Of a stretch of 64,000 nucleotides of DNA, positions 1-14,740 are shown in pieces (position 1 is the first letter of the stretch; each line of letters opens with the position of its first letter). Made by a program: the position numbers and the translations under genes. This DNA is from Eledone cirrhosa (taxonomy: Eukaryota): positions 17,298,001-17,362,000 of the forward strand of contig OZ024750.1 of NCBI GenBank assembly GCA_964016885.1. Direction: 5' to 3'. A model generated the notes under the pieces. It was given only the letters and a program-made list of their open reading frames with translations, was not told the origin of the DNA and ran no database searches.

Positions 1-390
1 AACGTATGTTGTAGCTCTGATTCATATGATTCATCGAGCGCTTACCACACATATCGGACGTTGATTTTCGTTAATTCCTGAGCTGAAAACGATTCTCGCT
101 AATTTATATTTATATATATATATATATATAGACAGAGGGAGAGAGATGTGAGTGTATATATTTATATATGCAGAGAGAAAGTGACAGAGAGATTCTATAT
201 GACTCTGTATGACAAAGCTGGCTCTTTGAATTACAGGTTCAAACAATCCGACAGGCTTCCAAACAGTCTCCGTCTAACAAATTTTACTCACAAGTCATGG
301 GTTGACTGGAGGCTTTGGTAAATCCAACATATTAACCATTTGGTCATGCAGCATATACACATATTCACACACAGATACACACACACACTC

Positions 391-460
<70 letters not shown>

Positions 461-986
461 GTGTGTGTGCGTGTATATATGAATATATATATACATAGGT
501 ATATACAAACGTATATATACATACATACATACATATATATATATATGCACACACACACATAGATAGATATATACGTGTACGCACGTTTGCTTATACCCTC
601 CATCCCATTATTTTGTTGTCTCTTAATGTTGTTATTAGTATTGTAGATGTTGTTGTTGTTGTAGTGAGTGGTCAGTGAATATAGGGGTCATTCGTGGACC
701 AAAATTAACTGCAAACAACCCAACGTACAGCATTCAACTCTGTCAACAGAACCGCACATCATTAGCTGAGATTGACATAAAATATAGAAGTACATAGCAA
801 AAACAACATGGCGGATGGAAGGCTGGGAGCATGTGTGGAAGGAGAGGAGTTCAAAGACCAGAAGAGGAGGTAGAGGCGAATGACAATGATAGTGATGGTG
901 GGGGTGACTTCCTCTTCTCGCTTTTGAATATCACAGGTATACATGTGTTATACACGCACGCGCAAACACACACAAATACATACATG

Positions 987-1054
<68 letters not shown>

Positions 1055-1056
1055 TG

Positions 1057-1089
<33 letters not shown>

Positions 1090-1093
1090 TTTT

Positions 1094-1181
<88 letters not shown>

Positions 1182-1217
1182 ATATATATATATATATTTT
1201 ATATATATATATATAGG

Positions 1218-1253
<36 letters not shown>

Positions 1254-1258
1254 TGTGT

Positions 1259-1419
1259 ATCCCGGGTTCAATCGGGGGTAACCACAGTAAGTAAGTTTTA
1301 CAATACATAGCAGAGTGTAAATATTTAATATAGAAATGGCTTCTACAGGACTAGAACTGTTTCATTCGAAGGAAATCATCAGGAAAGCTGTTCTAGTCCT
1401 GTAGAAGCCATTTCTATAT

Positions 1420-1426
<7 letters not shown>
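1259..1426 (-). mobile_element. Family A hammerhead element with short inverted arm (Penelope-like pLTR/retrozyme)
   Basis: Minus 1388-1339 reads gctttc CTGATGA tttc cttc gaat GAAA cag ttctagtc ctg TA gaagc; 1390-1426 is an inverted copy of about 1321-1358; followed by (TA)n. Confidence 0.75.
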
Positions 1427-1450
<24 letters not shown>

Positions 1451-1505
1451 CAAAATAAAACTTCACTGTTAACAAGTGTTTTTTAAGCTTCATATCATGT
1501 CTCCC

Positions 1506-1576
1506 TATTTTATCTGATGAGAACGCAGATATCATCCCATGATGATATTTGTTTTTGAAATGCGCATAATAAAATA
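1506..1576 (+). ncRNA. Type I hammerhead ribozyme (family C)
   Basis: tattttat CTGATGA [gaacgcagatatcatc ccat gatgatatttgttttt] GAAA tgcgca TA ataaaata: 8-bp stem I, long stem II, palindromic ATGCGCAT helix III; predicted cut after 1568. Confidence 0.75.
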
Positions 1577-1625
1577 CATGGAACTCTTTTAACCATCTTT
1601 TGATCTTATATTATTTATACTCCAG

Positions 1626-1710
1626 TTGCCTTTCATCCTTACGGGGTCGATAAAATAAAGTACCAGTAATGCACTGGGTAATTGCTGGCCTTGTGCCTAA
1701 AGTAGAAACA
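1626..1710 (+). mobile_element. 5'-truncated tRNA-derived SINE (family S1) with 16-bp TSD
   Basis: TSD attatttatactccag at 1610-1625 and 1711-1726; empty-site sequence visible near 19260-19275. Confidence 0.9.
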
Positions 1711-1823
1711 ATTATTTATACTCCAGTCCTACAAACTGTAGAGTGCTACTTATCCGATATTTGCATTGCTTTATTGTTCTACAATAAAACTCACCTCCTA
1801 CATATATATATATATATATATAT

Positions 1824-1975
1824 ATTGTATAGAAGGAGCTTCTACAGGACTAGTACTGTTTCATTCAGATGAAATCTTCAGGAAGCTTCCTGAAGATACA
1901 ATAAATATATTTTACTCTGCCATGTATTGAGTACCTTACTTACTGTGGTTATCCCCGACTCAACCCGGGACCTAC

Positions 1976-1976
<1 letters not shown>
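1824..1976. mobile_element. Family A fold-back element with intact hammerhead on the minus arm (1837-1887)
   Basis: Minus: agcttc CTGAAGA tttc atct gaat GAAA cag tactagtc ctg TA gaagct; plus-strand tail tattgagtaccttacttactgtggtt...cccggga. Confidence 0.7.
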
Positions 1977-2022
<46 letters not shown>

Positions 2023-2244
2023 TGTGTGCGCCTTAGCGTGTATGTATATGAACATGCGGTTAACTTAGCGCTGGGTAAAATTTGGAATTTGGTATGTAGT
2101 CGTCCCAAATGCAAATGAACATAATAATAGTAGACATACGGTGGGACGTGCATTTGTTGAGTGAATGGATTTGTGGGCATATACTACTACCACAATTACT
2201 ACTACTATCGTTAGAAATACTACTACTAATACTACAACTGCTAC

Positions 2245-3058
2245 TGCTGGTGATGGTGGTGGTGGTGGTGGTGGAGATGATGATTCCGGTGCTGGCTGGT
2301 ATGAATGAGGTTGTTGGTGGTGGTGTAATGGTTGACATATTGGTGATTCCAGTGCTGGTGGTGGTGGTGTTTGTGGTGGTTGTGGTGTTGGTGATGATGG
2401 TGGTGGTTGTGGTGGTTGTGGTGTTGGTGATGATGGTGGTGGTTGTAGTTGTGGTGTTGGTGATTCCAGTGGTGGTGGTGGTGGTGGTGGTGGTGATTCC
2501 CGTGGTGGTGATGATGGTGGTAGTTGTGGTTGTGGTGTTGATGATGATGGTGGTGGTGATGATGGTGGTAGTGGTGGTTGTGGTGTTGGTGATGATGGTG
2601 GTAGTGGTGGTTGTGGTGTTGGTGATGATGGTGGTGGTGGTGATGATAGTGGTAGTGGTGGTTGTGGTGTTGGTGGTGGTGGTGATGGTTGTGGTGTTGG
2701 TGATGATGGTTGTGGTGATGGTGGTGGTGGTGATGGTTGTGGTGTTGGTGATGATGGTGGTGGTAGTAGTGGTTGTGGTGTTGGTGATGCTGGTGGTGGT
2801 GGTGGTGATGGCTGTGGTGTTGGTGATGATGGTGGTAGTGGTGGTTGTGGTGTTGATGATGGTGGTGGTGGTGGTGGTGGTGATGGTTGTGGTGTTGGTG
2901 ATTCCAGTGATGGTGGTTATGGTGATGGTGATGATGATGGTGGTATTAGTGGTTGTGATGCTGGTGATTCCAATGGTGGTGGTGGTGGTGGTGCTTATGG
3001 TGGAGGTTATGGTGTTGATGGTGGTGTTGGTGGTGGTGGTGGTGGTGGTGATGGTGTC
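2245..3058. repeat. Degenerate (GGT/GAT/GTT)n triplet repeat
   Basis: Direct inspection; source of the Val/Met-rich pseudo-ORF. Confidence 0.9.
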
Positions 3059-3426
3059 ACCTTCCCTATCTACATCTCGTTCAGAGAGAGCTGTAGAATA
3101 GAGCAGTGATTAGCTGTTCATCCTCCAGTGAGTTACATCCCCACGATTTCCAATTTAATGATGCAGCTTATCTAGCCTTGACAAGGATGAGGAAATATGG
3201 CGGACTTTATTGATATATATTTTTTACGTCAACGTCACGTGTCAGCCATTCGCCATTTTGTTTTCCATAACCCTCTACCTTGTACTTCTTAATTTAACGC
3301 CATTTCTTTCTTTCTTTCTCCCCCCCCCCTCTCTCTTTTTTTTCTCTCTCCCTCTATCTCTGCATATATATATGTATATATATATATATATAAATGCACA
3401 TATATATGTATATATATATATAAATT

Positions 3427-3515
<89 letters not shown>

Positions 3516-3747
3516 TATAAATGAACATATATATATATATACACATATGTATGTATATATATACGTATGTCTCTATATTTACCTATTTCTCTCTCTATCT
3601 CTCTATCTCTCTATCTCTCTCTCTATCTATCTATCTATCTATCTATCTCTATTTCATTCTACTATTATGTCTCATCCTACACGCACTAAAATACATCGGC
3701 CACTCTACAATTGCTACCCAACACTCATCGGTTACATTGCAAGGTAA

Positions 3748-3847
<100 letters not shown>

Positions 3848-3884
3848 TGTATATATATATATATATATATATACATACATACAC

Positions 3885-3961
<77 letters not shown>

Positions 3962-3976
3962 CACATATATAAATAT

Positions 3977-4046
<70 letters not shown>

Positions 4047-4147
4047 TATATACATACATACATACACATATATATATATTATATATATATATACATACAC
4101 ATACATATATATTATACATACACATACATATATATACATACACATAC

Positions 4148-4182
<35 letters not shown>

Positions 4183-4190
4183 TATTCTTT

Positions 4191-4232
<42 letters not shown>

Positions 4233-4399
4233 CATACATACATACATATATATATATATACATACATATATATATATATATTTATATATATATATATATC
4301 ATTAGGAAACAAAGAATCTGTATTGCCTCATATATATATTTAATTACATATTACATATGTTTCCCTGCCAAATTTAGATGTGAGTCTACAAGTGGGAAC

Positions 4400-4490
4400 A
4401 CATATCTGAGGAGCTTACGATTCCAGAGTCAGGAACGAACATAATCGATCGTTCCTCGAGCTGATCGGCAGCGAAACATATGTAATATGT
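4400..4490 (+). ncRNA. Type I hammerhead ribozyme (family G) with large stem II insert
   Basis: acatat CTGAGGA gct...agc GAAA catatg TA atatgt; palindromic ACATATGT helix III; homolog at 58490-58588. Confidence 0.7.
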
Positions 4491-5356
4491 AATTAAATAT
4501 GTATATGATGCACTGCTGATTCTTTGTAGACTGTCTTTATAGGCTGCAGTGTGTGTTCCGGTGTGTATGTGTGTGTGTGCATGTGTTTTGTGTGTGTGTG
4601 TGTGTGAGAGAGAGAGAATGTGTGTGTTCACGTGAGTATATGTGCGTATCTGTGCGCATGTGTGAGTGTGTGTGTGCGCGCGCGTGTGTCTGAGTACGTG
4701 TGAGTGTGTATGCGTGTGAGCATGTGTGTGTACGTGTGTGTTTGTGTATGCGTGTGTGTGTATGTGTATGTATGTGTGTATATGTGTGTGAATGTGTGCG
4801 TATGTGTATGTAAGCGTGTGTTCGTGTATTTGTGTATGTGTGTGTGTGTGTGTGTACGTGTGTGTTTGTGTTTGTGTGTTTGAGTGTGTGTTTTTGTATA
4901 TGCGTATGTGTGTGTATGTGTGTGTGTGTGTATGTATGTGTGGAGTCTCTGTGTGTGCGTGTATGTGAGTGTATGTGTTTGTATGGGTATGTATGTGTGA
5001 GTGTGTGTGTGTATGTGTGTGTATGCGTTTGCATGTGTATGTATGTGTGTGTGCTTGTGTGTTTGTGTATGTGTGTGTGTATATGTGTATGTGTGAGTGT
5101 ATGTCTGTGTGACTGTGTGTGTGTGTGTTTATATCTACATTTAAGATAGTGGTAAGACATGAAACACTTTCTTACTGGACAAATTAAACTAATCTAAATG
5201 ACATGAAAATCTGTAACACACACATACACACATACACACATACACACATACACACGCTCATACGCGCATCCACAAACACACACACATACATATACACACA
5301 TATGAAGTGAGGCATATATGTAATATGTTATATATACACTTTGTGGTGCGCGCATG

Positions 5357-5394
<38 letters not shown>

Positions 5395-5430
5395 TGTGTA
5401 TGTATGTATATGTATATATGTATATATATG

Positions 5431-5483
<53 letters not shown>

Positions 5484-5522
5484 GTATATATATATATGTA
5501 TATGTATATATGTATATATATG

Positions 5523-5614
<92 letters not shown>

Positions 5615-5671
5615 TATATATATAAAGAGTTAGAGGGAGAGAGAGAGTTAGATCGACAACCTATTAGCAAA

Positions 5672-5723
<52 letters not shown>

Positions 5724-5990
5724 ACATACATGTGTTTGTGTGTTTGTGTTGGTGCGTGTGTATATATATATATATACATATGTGCGTGTGTATGTTTGTG
5801 TAGAGAAGGTGCTAATACATCTGTCGCCTTTCCTTTCCTAAAACATACAAACACTCCAAGATGTGTCTTTAAGGTTGGTGTTCTTTGGTTATAGAAAGAT
5901 GTCGTAGAAACAGAGACAAAGACAGAGAGACTGATAGAGGCAGTGGCAGAGAGAGTGTCTGAGAAGGGGGAAGTCTGAAACTATATATGT

Positions 5991-6179
<189 letters not shown>

Positions 6180-6394
6180 TATACATATATATATATACAT
6201 ATATATACATATATATATATACATATATATATATACATATATATATATACATATACATATATATATATACATATATATATATACATATATATATATACAT
6301 ATATATATATACATATATATATATACATATATATATATACATATATATATATACATATATATATATACATATATATATACATATATATATATAC

Positions 6395-6459
<65 letters not shown>

Positions 6460-6514
6460 CATATATATATATACATATATATATACATATATATATATAC
6501 ATATATATATATAC

Positions 6515-6581
<67 letters not shown>

Positions 6582-6600
6582 CATATATATACATATATAT

Positions 6601-6636
<36 letters not shown>

Positions 6637-6644
6637 TTATATAT

Positions 6645-6699
<55 letters not shown>

Positions 6700-7111
6700 C
6701 AAATATATATACATATATATATACATATATATATACACACAGACACACACACACACATATATATACATATATATATATATAAAGAGAGAGAGAGAGAGGA
6801 GGGCGGGTAACGACAGTGTCAGACGGAGACAGAGAAAGACAAAAGGGGGTAAAGGCGAATTATAAGATAATAAGTAGGGGTAGGCATGAGTGGATGGTCT
6901 GAACTTGTACATATTATTGTACTATGTACAATTTAATGGGGAGAGGAGGGGCCCGATATAGAAATGTAATTAGATAGATAAATAAACATGTCTTGTCTAG
7001 ATTGTCGTTGGTTAGTTAGAGGTGAAAGTAACAGAGAGGGGGAGGGCAGAGAGAGAGAGAGAGAGAGAATGAGAGAGAGGGAGAAGGAGAAAGAGAGGGG
7101 AGGATGGTAAA

Positions 7112-7263
7112 TGGATGAGTGATTAAGGAGTTCACTTCTCAAACGGTTGGTCCTGGACTCAATACCCACTCCACAGCACATTGAGCAAATGTCTTCTGCT
7201 ATATCCTCGGCTTTAGCAATGGTTTCTGAATGAAATTTGGTAGATGAAGACTGCAAAAGCCCG
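7112..7263 (+). mobile_element. Old tRNA-derived, CORE-like SINE
   Basis: Degenerate A/B boxes then ttgagcaaatgtcttctgctatatcctcgg; related minus fragment near 250-330. Confidence 0.55.
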
Positions 7264-7491
7264 CCAAAGAGAGGAAAAATGCAACCGTTGTCTCCCTGTT
7301 TCGTTGCATCCCATATGCATTGTGATGAATAATCTCAACTTTAATGAACCGAAACTATATGGAGTTTCAGAAGTTGACTGAAGAGAAGGGAATGAACATT
7401 TTTCTATTGTTTTTCCATTGTCTTTGTCATGTGCGCCCCACATCTATCTATCTTTCTATCTAACAGTCAATCAATGTATCTATCTATCTAT

Positions 7492-7526
<35 letters not shown>

Positions 7527-7546
7527 CGTACATACATACATACGTG

Positions 7547-7600
<54 letters not shown>

Positions 7601-7660
7601 AGTGTGTGTGTGTGTGAGTGTGCATACACAGATATATATGCATATATATATATATATATA

Positions 7661-7710
<50 letters not shown>

Positions 7711-7864
7711 TACACACACACACATATTCATTGGTGTGAGTACATACAAAGATGTACCTATTTATCCATCTCTCACCATCTCTATCAACACTCTCATGGT
7801 GTGTCCATCGTTCCACCGTCACTCACCACACACACACACACACAGACACAGACACACACACACT

Positions 7865-7905
<41 letters not shown>

Positions 7906-8050
7906 ACTGACGTAGACACAGACTGACAGACCCCCCCTACGTCCCTCTAGAGTGTACAACCTGTGTGTAAGAGCCGATGATGTGGTGTGTGGTGTTACAT
8001 CTAACATTATTAACGTATGAATGTATCAGAGCTGATATGTGATACTGGAA

Positions 8051-9240
8051 TGGTAGCCCCTTGTGGTAGCCTCTGTGGTACCCTCTGTGGTAGCCCCTGT
8101 GGTAGCCCCTGTGGTACCCTCTGTGGTACCCTCTGTGGTAGCCCCTGTGGTAGCCCCTGTGGTAGCCCCTGTGGTAGCCCCTTGTGGTAGCCTCTGTGGT
8201 ACCCTCTGTGGTACCCTCTGTGGTAGCCCCTGTGGTAGCCCCTGTGGTAGCCCCTGTGGTAGCCTCTGTGGTACCCCCTGTGGTAGTCCCTGTGGTAGCC
8301 CCTGTGGTAGCCTCTGTGGTACCCTCTGTGGTAGCCCCTGTGGTAGCCCCTGTGGTAGCCCCTGTGGTAGCCTCTGTGGTACCCCCTGTGGTAGTCCCTG
8401 TGGTAGCCCCTGTGGTAGCCTCTGTGGTAGCCCCTGTGGTAGCCCCTGTGGTAGCCTCTGTGGTAGCCCCTGTGGTAGCCTCTGTGGTAGCCCCTGTGGT
8501 AGCCTCTGTGGTAGCCCCTTGGTAGCCCCTGTGGTAGCCCCTTGTGGTAGCCCCTGTGGTAGCCTCTGTGGTAGCCTCTGTGGTACCCTCTGTGGCAGCC
8601 CCTGTGGTAGCCCTTGTAGTAGCCCCTGTGGTACCCTCTGTGGTAGCCCCTGTGGTACCCTCGGTGGTAGCCCCTGTGGTAGCCCATGTTCTAGCCCCTG
8701 TGGTAGCCCCTGTGGTACCCTCTGTGGTAGCCCCTGTGGTAGCCCCTGTGGTAGCCCCTGTAGTAGCCTCTGTGGTACCCTCTGTGGTAGCCCCTGTGGT
8801 AGCCTCTGTGGTACCCTCTGTGGTAGCCCCTGTGGTACCCTCTGTGGTAGCCCCTGTGGTAGCCTCTGTGGTAGCCCCTGTGGTACCCTCTGTGGTAGGC
8901 CCTGTGGTACCCTCTGTGGTAGCCCCTGTGGTAGCCCCTGTGGTAGCCCCTGTAGTAGCCTCTGTGGTACCCTCTGTGGTAGCCCCTGTGGTAGCCCCTG
9001 TGGTACCCTCTGTGGTAGCCTCTGTGGTAGCCCTGTGGTAGCCCATGTGGTAGCCCCTTGGTAGCCCCTGTGGTAGCCCCTGTGGTACCCTCTGTGGTAG
9101 CCCCTGTGGTAGCCTCTGTGGTACCCTCTGTGGTAGCCCCTGTGGTAGCCCCTGTGGTACCCTCTGTGGTAGCCCCTGTGGTAGCCCCTGTGGTAGCCCC
9201 TGTGGTAGCCTCTGTGGTAGCCCCTGTGGTAGCCCCTGTG
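8051..9240. repeat. 12-bp GC-rich minisatellite (TGTGGTAGCCCC)n, about 98 units
   Basis: Interspersed variants tgtggtagcccc / tgtggtagcctc / tgtggtaccctc. Confidence 0.97.
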
Positions 9241-9322
9241 TATGTGTGTTTGTTGTTGTATATGTGAATTAATTGAATATGTTGTTCGTGAATCTAGTTT
9301 ATTTTACAGATATACACATTCG

Positions 9323-9354
<32 letters not shown>

Positions 9355-9504
9355 TATATATATACATATGTATATATATATATATACATATATATACATA
9401 CATATGTATATATATATATATATATATACATACATATGTATATATATATATATACATATATATACATACATATGTATATATATATACATATGTATACATA
9501 CATA

Positions 9505-9622
<118 letters not shown>

Positions 9623-9937
9623 TATTTATATATATATGTATGTATGTATATATATCATGTAATGTGATAATGATGAATTGATCTAAACATCAGGTGTGGT
9701 CTAACATATACATATACTGTCCAATCATTTCACCCCACCCTACCGCCGTCTCCTTGGTAATTACCATCGTCCCCTCCTACAGCATCTCCTACTCTTATGA
9801 CTACCACCAACCCTCACCACCATAGCCCCTCGCCGCCCCTGGAGATAGGTCAACGAATGGATTAACTATAGTTCCAACATTTAATTCAACACAACCCAAC
9901 ACATCCTACCACCTTCAAACACAGGCATACATACAGT

Positions 9938-10000
<63 letters not shown>

Positions 10001-10015
10001 GTGTATATATATATA

Positions 10016-10082
<67 letters not shown>

Positions 10083-10104
10083 ATATATATATATATATAT
10101 ATAC

Positions 10105-10135
<31 letters not shown>

Positions 10136-10136
10136 C

Positions 10137-10469
<333 letters not shown>

Positions 10470-10515
10470 TGGTTCAAGGGTACGACAAAATAGGTCCAAA
10501 AAAGATACAAAAAGT

Positions 10516-10551
<36 letters not shown>

Positions 10552-10686
10552 GAAAAATATGGGGAGAAGAATACTGCATGGTTGCACATGGATTACATAT
10601 TATAAAATTAGTCCCTCATCAGTGATTTGCCAACGATCATTGGTATTTCATCGCATTAAAAATCATATACCTCACGTTGGTGCGAG

Positions 10687-10728
<42 letters not shown>

Positions 10729-10889
10729 ATAAATTAACAGAGCCATAGACTCTCGCTATTCCCTGTCAATAATGTGCTCAGAGGAGAAGAAATCGTGAGC
10801 TCTTTAAAATACAATATGTTGAAAATGTAACACACTAGTGGTTTTTTCCCTGTTTTATTGATAGCGCACTGTATCTCTCTCTAGTGTGT

Positions 10890-10947
<58 letters not shown>

Positions 10948-10951
10948 TGTA

Positions 10952-11293
10952 CCGTAATTCCCGGCGTCGAAAATACTACTTTTTCCCTAAAATAAGTCTC
11001 AAAAATTTACCTTGCTTGCTGGAGGCCGTAGGTTGTTTATTATTTTTGGCAGTATCGGTAGAGGGTCGGACGCCATGCTTTCCAGCATAGTTACGTCCCT
11101 TTACGATCTAAGTTCAAATCCCGCCGAGGTTGATTTTGCCTTTCATCCTTACGGGGTCGATAAAATAAAGTACCAGTAATGCACTGGGTATTTGCTGGCC
11201 TTGCGCCTAAAGTAGAAACAATTTCTTTTTTTTTTCAAATTTTTGGTTGTCAAAATTAGGGTGCGTCTGCGGCGCAGGGAAATACGGAAATAC

Positions 11294-11295
<2 letters not shown>
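10952..11295. mobile_element. Tc2/pogo-like MITE with nested SINE
   Basis: TA-ccgtaattcccggcg ... cgcagggaaatacgg(aaatacgg)-TA imperfect TIRs; CCGTA termini resemble the Tc2 group. Confidence 0.6.
11046..11222 (+). mobile_element. SINE S1, near full length
   Basis: A box tggcagtatcgg, B box agttcaaatcc, body ttgcctttcatccttacggggtcgataaaataaagtaccag. Confidence 0.9.
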
Positions 11296-11334
<39 letters not shown>

Positions 11335-11668
11335 CCACGATCATCAACATCACCATCATCAACACCACCATCGCCAACACGACCATCAACAACACAACCA
11401 TCATCAACACCACCATCATCATCATCATCATCATCATCATCACAATCATCACCATCAGCGTCCCCACTCGAACAAATACTAAAACAGTAATATAAGTTGC
11501 CATCCCGCGGGCCCTAAGGTTGTGATGGGGTTCCTCAAGGGCCGCCGTCATGACATACGTCGTGTTTACATCATTTTAAACCTGGCAGAATCCAACCCTC
11601 TCAATTTCTTCTATAGAGTTTGAGAAAGAGTTGATGAATCTACTCAAGTAGTGCCGTGGTTCTATATT

Positions 11669-11841
11669 AATTGTTTCTACTTTTAGCACAAGGCCAGCAA
11701 ATTACCCAGTGCACTATTGGTACTTTATTTTATCGACCCCCGTAAGGTTGAAAGGTGGTTTGAACCCAAAGTACGGAAATCGGAACCAATTCCCCCAAAA
11801 CAGTCTCTCCGACTTTCAAACGACTCGCCCAATTCGCCACC
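11669..11841 (-). mobile_element. SINE S1-related, diverged head
   Basis: Reverse complement of S1 tail and body. Confidence 0.7.
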
Positions 11842-12471
11842 TTCCAATAATTTGAGTTTATAATCATTTTTAATAATCAAATGTTTTTTCTCGACCCCGA
11901 TGGGTCTTTCCATATTCTTGTACCTCGGTAGTAAACATTTCTCCACTTCTAGTATATCTCCATCGTACCATATATTGACCCTTCTTTTGTCATATCTCCT
12001 TTTTTTTGGAGGGGGGAGGGGGTTTAAAGTCTTATTGACGTCAACTTTACATTCCATCCTTTCTCTGTCTATAGAAAAATACCAGTCCAGTACTGGGGGG
12101 TCGATTCTTCCTCTATATATTTCTCTCACTTTCTCTCTATCATTCTTACTCTTGTTCTCTCCCTCGATGGAAGGAATCGGTTGTGTTTAGACCTGGACAG
12201 GGGATCGGCACCGACAGGTTTTAAACGACCAAGAAATGTTGTATATCACTACGTCTCCGGGCGATAGGTTATGTCCTTGAGCAAGACACTTTATTTCACG
12301 TTGCTTCCTCTGGCAGGAGTTGCGACAGGTAGACAGTATTAACAATTGAAAAGACTAATAGACATGCTCCGATCTGATGAGTTAGTTCCACCCCACTCGG
12401 TAAACGAATGAAGTCTGGGATCTAATCGATTCGGATGATACCTACTGGTACAAGGTGTGTTTCCAAGAGAT

Positions 12472-12884
12472 CTCCGCTTAACCTTATCCTCCGCTTAACC
12501 CTATCCTCCGCTTAACCCTATCCTCTGCTTAACCCTATCCTCCGCTTAACCCTATCCTCTTCTTAACCCTATCCTCTGCTTAACCCTATCCTCCGCTTAA
12601 CCCTATCCTCTTCTTAACCCTATCCTCTGCTTAACCCTATCCTCCGCTTAACCCTATCCTCTTCTTAACCCTATCCTCTGCTTAACCCTATCCTCTGCTT
12701 AACCCTATCCTCTGCTTAACCCTATCCTCTGCTTAACCCTATCCTCCGCTTAACCCTATCCTCCGCTTAACCCTATCCTCTGCTTAACCCTATCCTCCGC
12801 TTAACCCTATCCTCCGCTTAACCCTATCCTCCGCTTAACCCTATCCTCTGCTTAACCCTATCCTCTGCTTAACTCTATCCTCTT
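12472..12884. repeat. 17-bp minisatellite (CTTAACCCTATCCTCYG)n, about 24 units
   Basis: Direct inspection; each unit contains TAACCCTA. Confidence 0.95.
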
Positions 12885-13024
12885 CCATTTTGACGGCAGT
12901 CTTTAATGTCAGTACTCAACGTTTCAACTCTTTATCTGTGGTACATGACCACATCTCGTTTGTATTATAACGTTTTCGTTTTTGCTTGTCTATAAGTGAG
13001 TGTTTATAACTGTGTATGTGTGTG

Positions 13025-13102
<78 letters not shown>

Positions 13103-13179
13103 AGCTAGTCGAGACTCTAGATTGGGCTCCCATCGTTGGCTGTCTACATAACTAGCTAGGTACATTAACACATAAAAAG

Positions 13180-13210
<31 letters not shown>

Positions 13211-13297
13211 TAGTGTGTGTGTGTGAGATAGAGGGAGAGAGTAAGAGAGAGAGAGGGCGATAGAGAGGAAGAGAGATGGCTGAATAGATCGATGGAG

Positions 13298-13344
<47 letters not shown>

Positions 13345-13345
<1 letters not shown>

Positions 13346-13545
13346 TTCTTTATTAGCCACAGGGGCACAAAAGAAGGGGACAAATACAAAGGGGGAAGTT
13401 TACATACAATAAAAACGTGTAAAATGTTATCACAGATGGAATTTAAAAGTTAGTCGATTTTCCCCAATAGAGGGAGACAGTTTATATGGGTAACACATAC
13501 CCCCGAAAAAAAATGTGCAACCCTCATCTCCAGGAGTACGAAGAG
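13345..13545 (-). mobile_element. Probable 3' end/UTR of a LINE (L1/Tx1-like)
   Basis: Minus strand ends tgtgcccctgtggctAATAAAgaa followed by (ATCT)n; family assignment from memory only. Confidence 0.35.
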
Positions 13546-14032
13546 CTTGTACTCCTTTCCTCTCCTCCTCCTTTTCCTCAACCTACAGGCTGATATAGAG
13601 AGAAGGCCCATTCACTCGGGCCATTCTCGCCACTTTCACCCACCTTTCATAAAACTTGCTGGGGTACAGCACCTCTCTCTCCATCCTGATTCTTCTTCCA
13701 AAGTGGTATTTGAAAAAAAGATAGATAGATAGATAGATAGATAGATGATACGATCCGATACGATACGATAGACGATATGATATAAGTGATATATGATAAT
13801 ATCTGAATAGTCAGTCGTCCGTCAACTGCAATACGTTAATTACAAATCATTTAGATTTCACGTATTTTTCTTAAGTTCCACACTTGACAGTGTTTGACAT
13901 AAGAAAATAAACTCTAGCTGTGTGGTTGTGGCTTGCTTATTTGTCTTATACAATGTACAGGGAGGGACCTGGAAGGTCAAAACATGTGAGACTGGACACA
14001 TGTACGTGTGTGTGTGTGTGTGTGTGTGTGTC

Positions 14033-14116
<84 letters not shown>

Positions 14117-14121
14117 CGTGC

Positions 14122-14229
<108 letters not shown>

Positions 14230-14355
14230 ACTCTTGGCTAAGTTGTGAAATGGATGTTTAACAACTCCAGTACAGAAGCTAAACTCTATATTCTAATCAC
14301 TTGCCTTACAATCACAACTAGTAATGGATTTCGGCGCCTCTCTCTCTACGTGTTG

Positions 14356-14459
<104 letters not shown>

Positions 14460-14507
14460 CATACAGACACACATACATATATATATACATACAGACAGAC
14501 ACACACA

Positions 14508-14553
<46 letters not shown>

Positions 14554-14709
14554 TATTTATTTATTTATATATGTATATGTATGTATATATATATATATAT
14601 ATGTATGTATATATAAAGAGAGAGGGTGAGATGTTGGTGTTTTAGATGCTGATGCACATAAAACGTTTACAGTAGTGGTTGGTGGTGGTGGTGGTGTTGG
14701 TGATGGTGG

Positions 14710-14740
<31 letters not shown>

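Larger units (their letters stand above)
1451..1802 (+). mobile_element. Family C hammerhead element interrupted by a SINE
   Basis: Matches the uninterrupted copy at 19148-19351; (TA)n on both sides; SINE at 1626-1710. Confidence 0.75.

Noticed and set aside
7937-9267. Mucin-like TTGA / GYHR ORFs
   Set aside because: Products of the 12-bp minisatellite, broken by indels
10549-10690. Hammerhead in the repeat shared with 58795-58935 (CTGAYGA present)
   Set aside because: Real two-copy repeat, but I could not build GAAA/helix III/stem I pairing
12370-12425. Isolated CTGATGA or near-core motifs (also about 26195, 38628, 39535, 42498, 61777)
   Set aside because: Stem I complementarity or core elements missing; chance or too decayed to call
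12472-12884. CRISPR-like or true telomeric array
   Set aside because: No unique spacers, not pure TTAGGG, eukaryotic context
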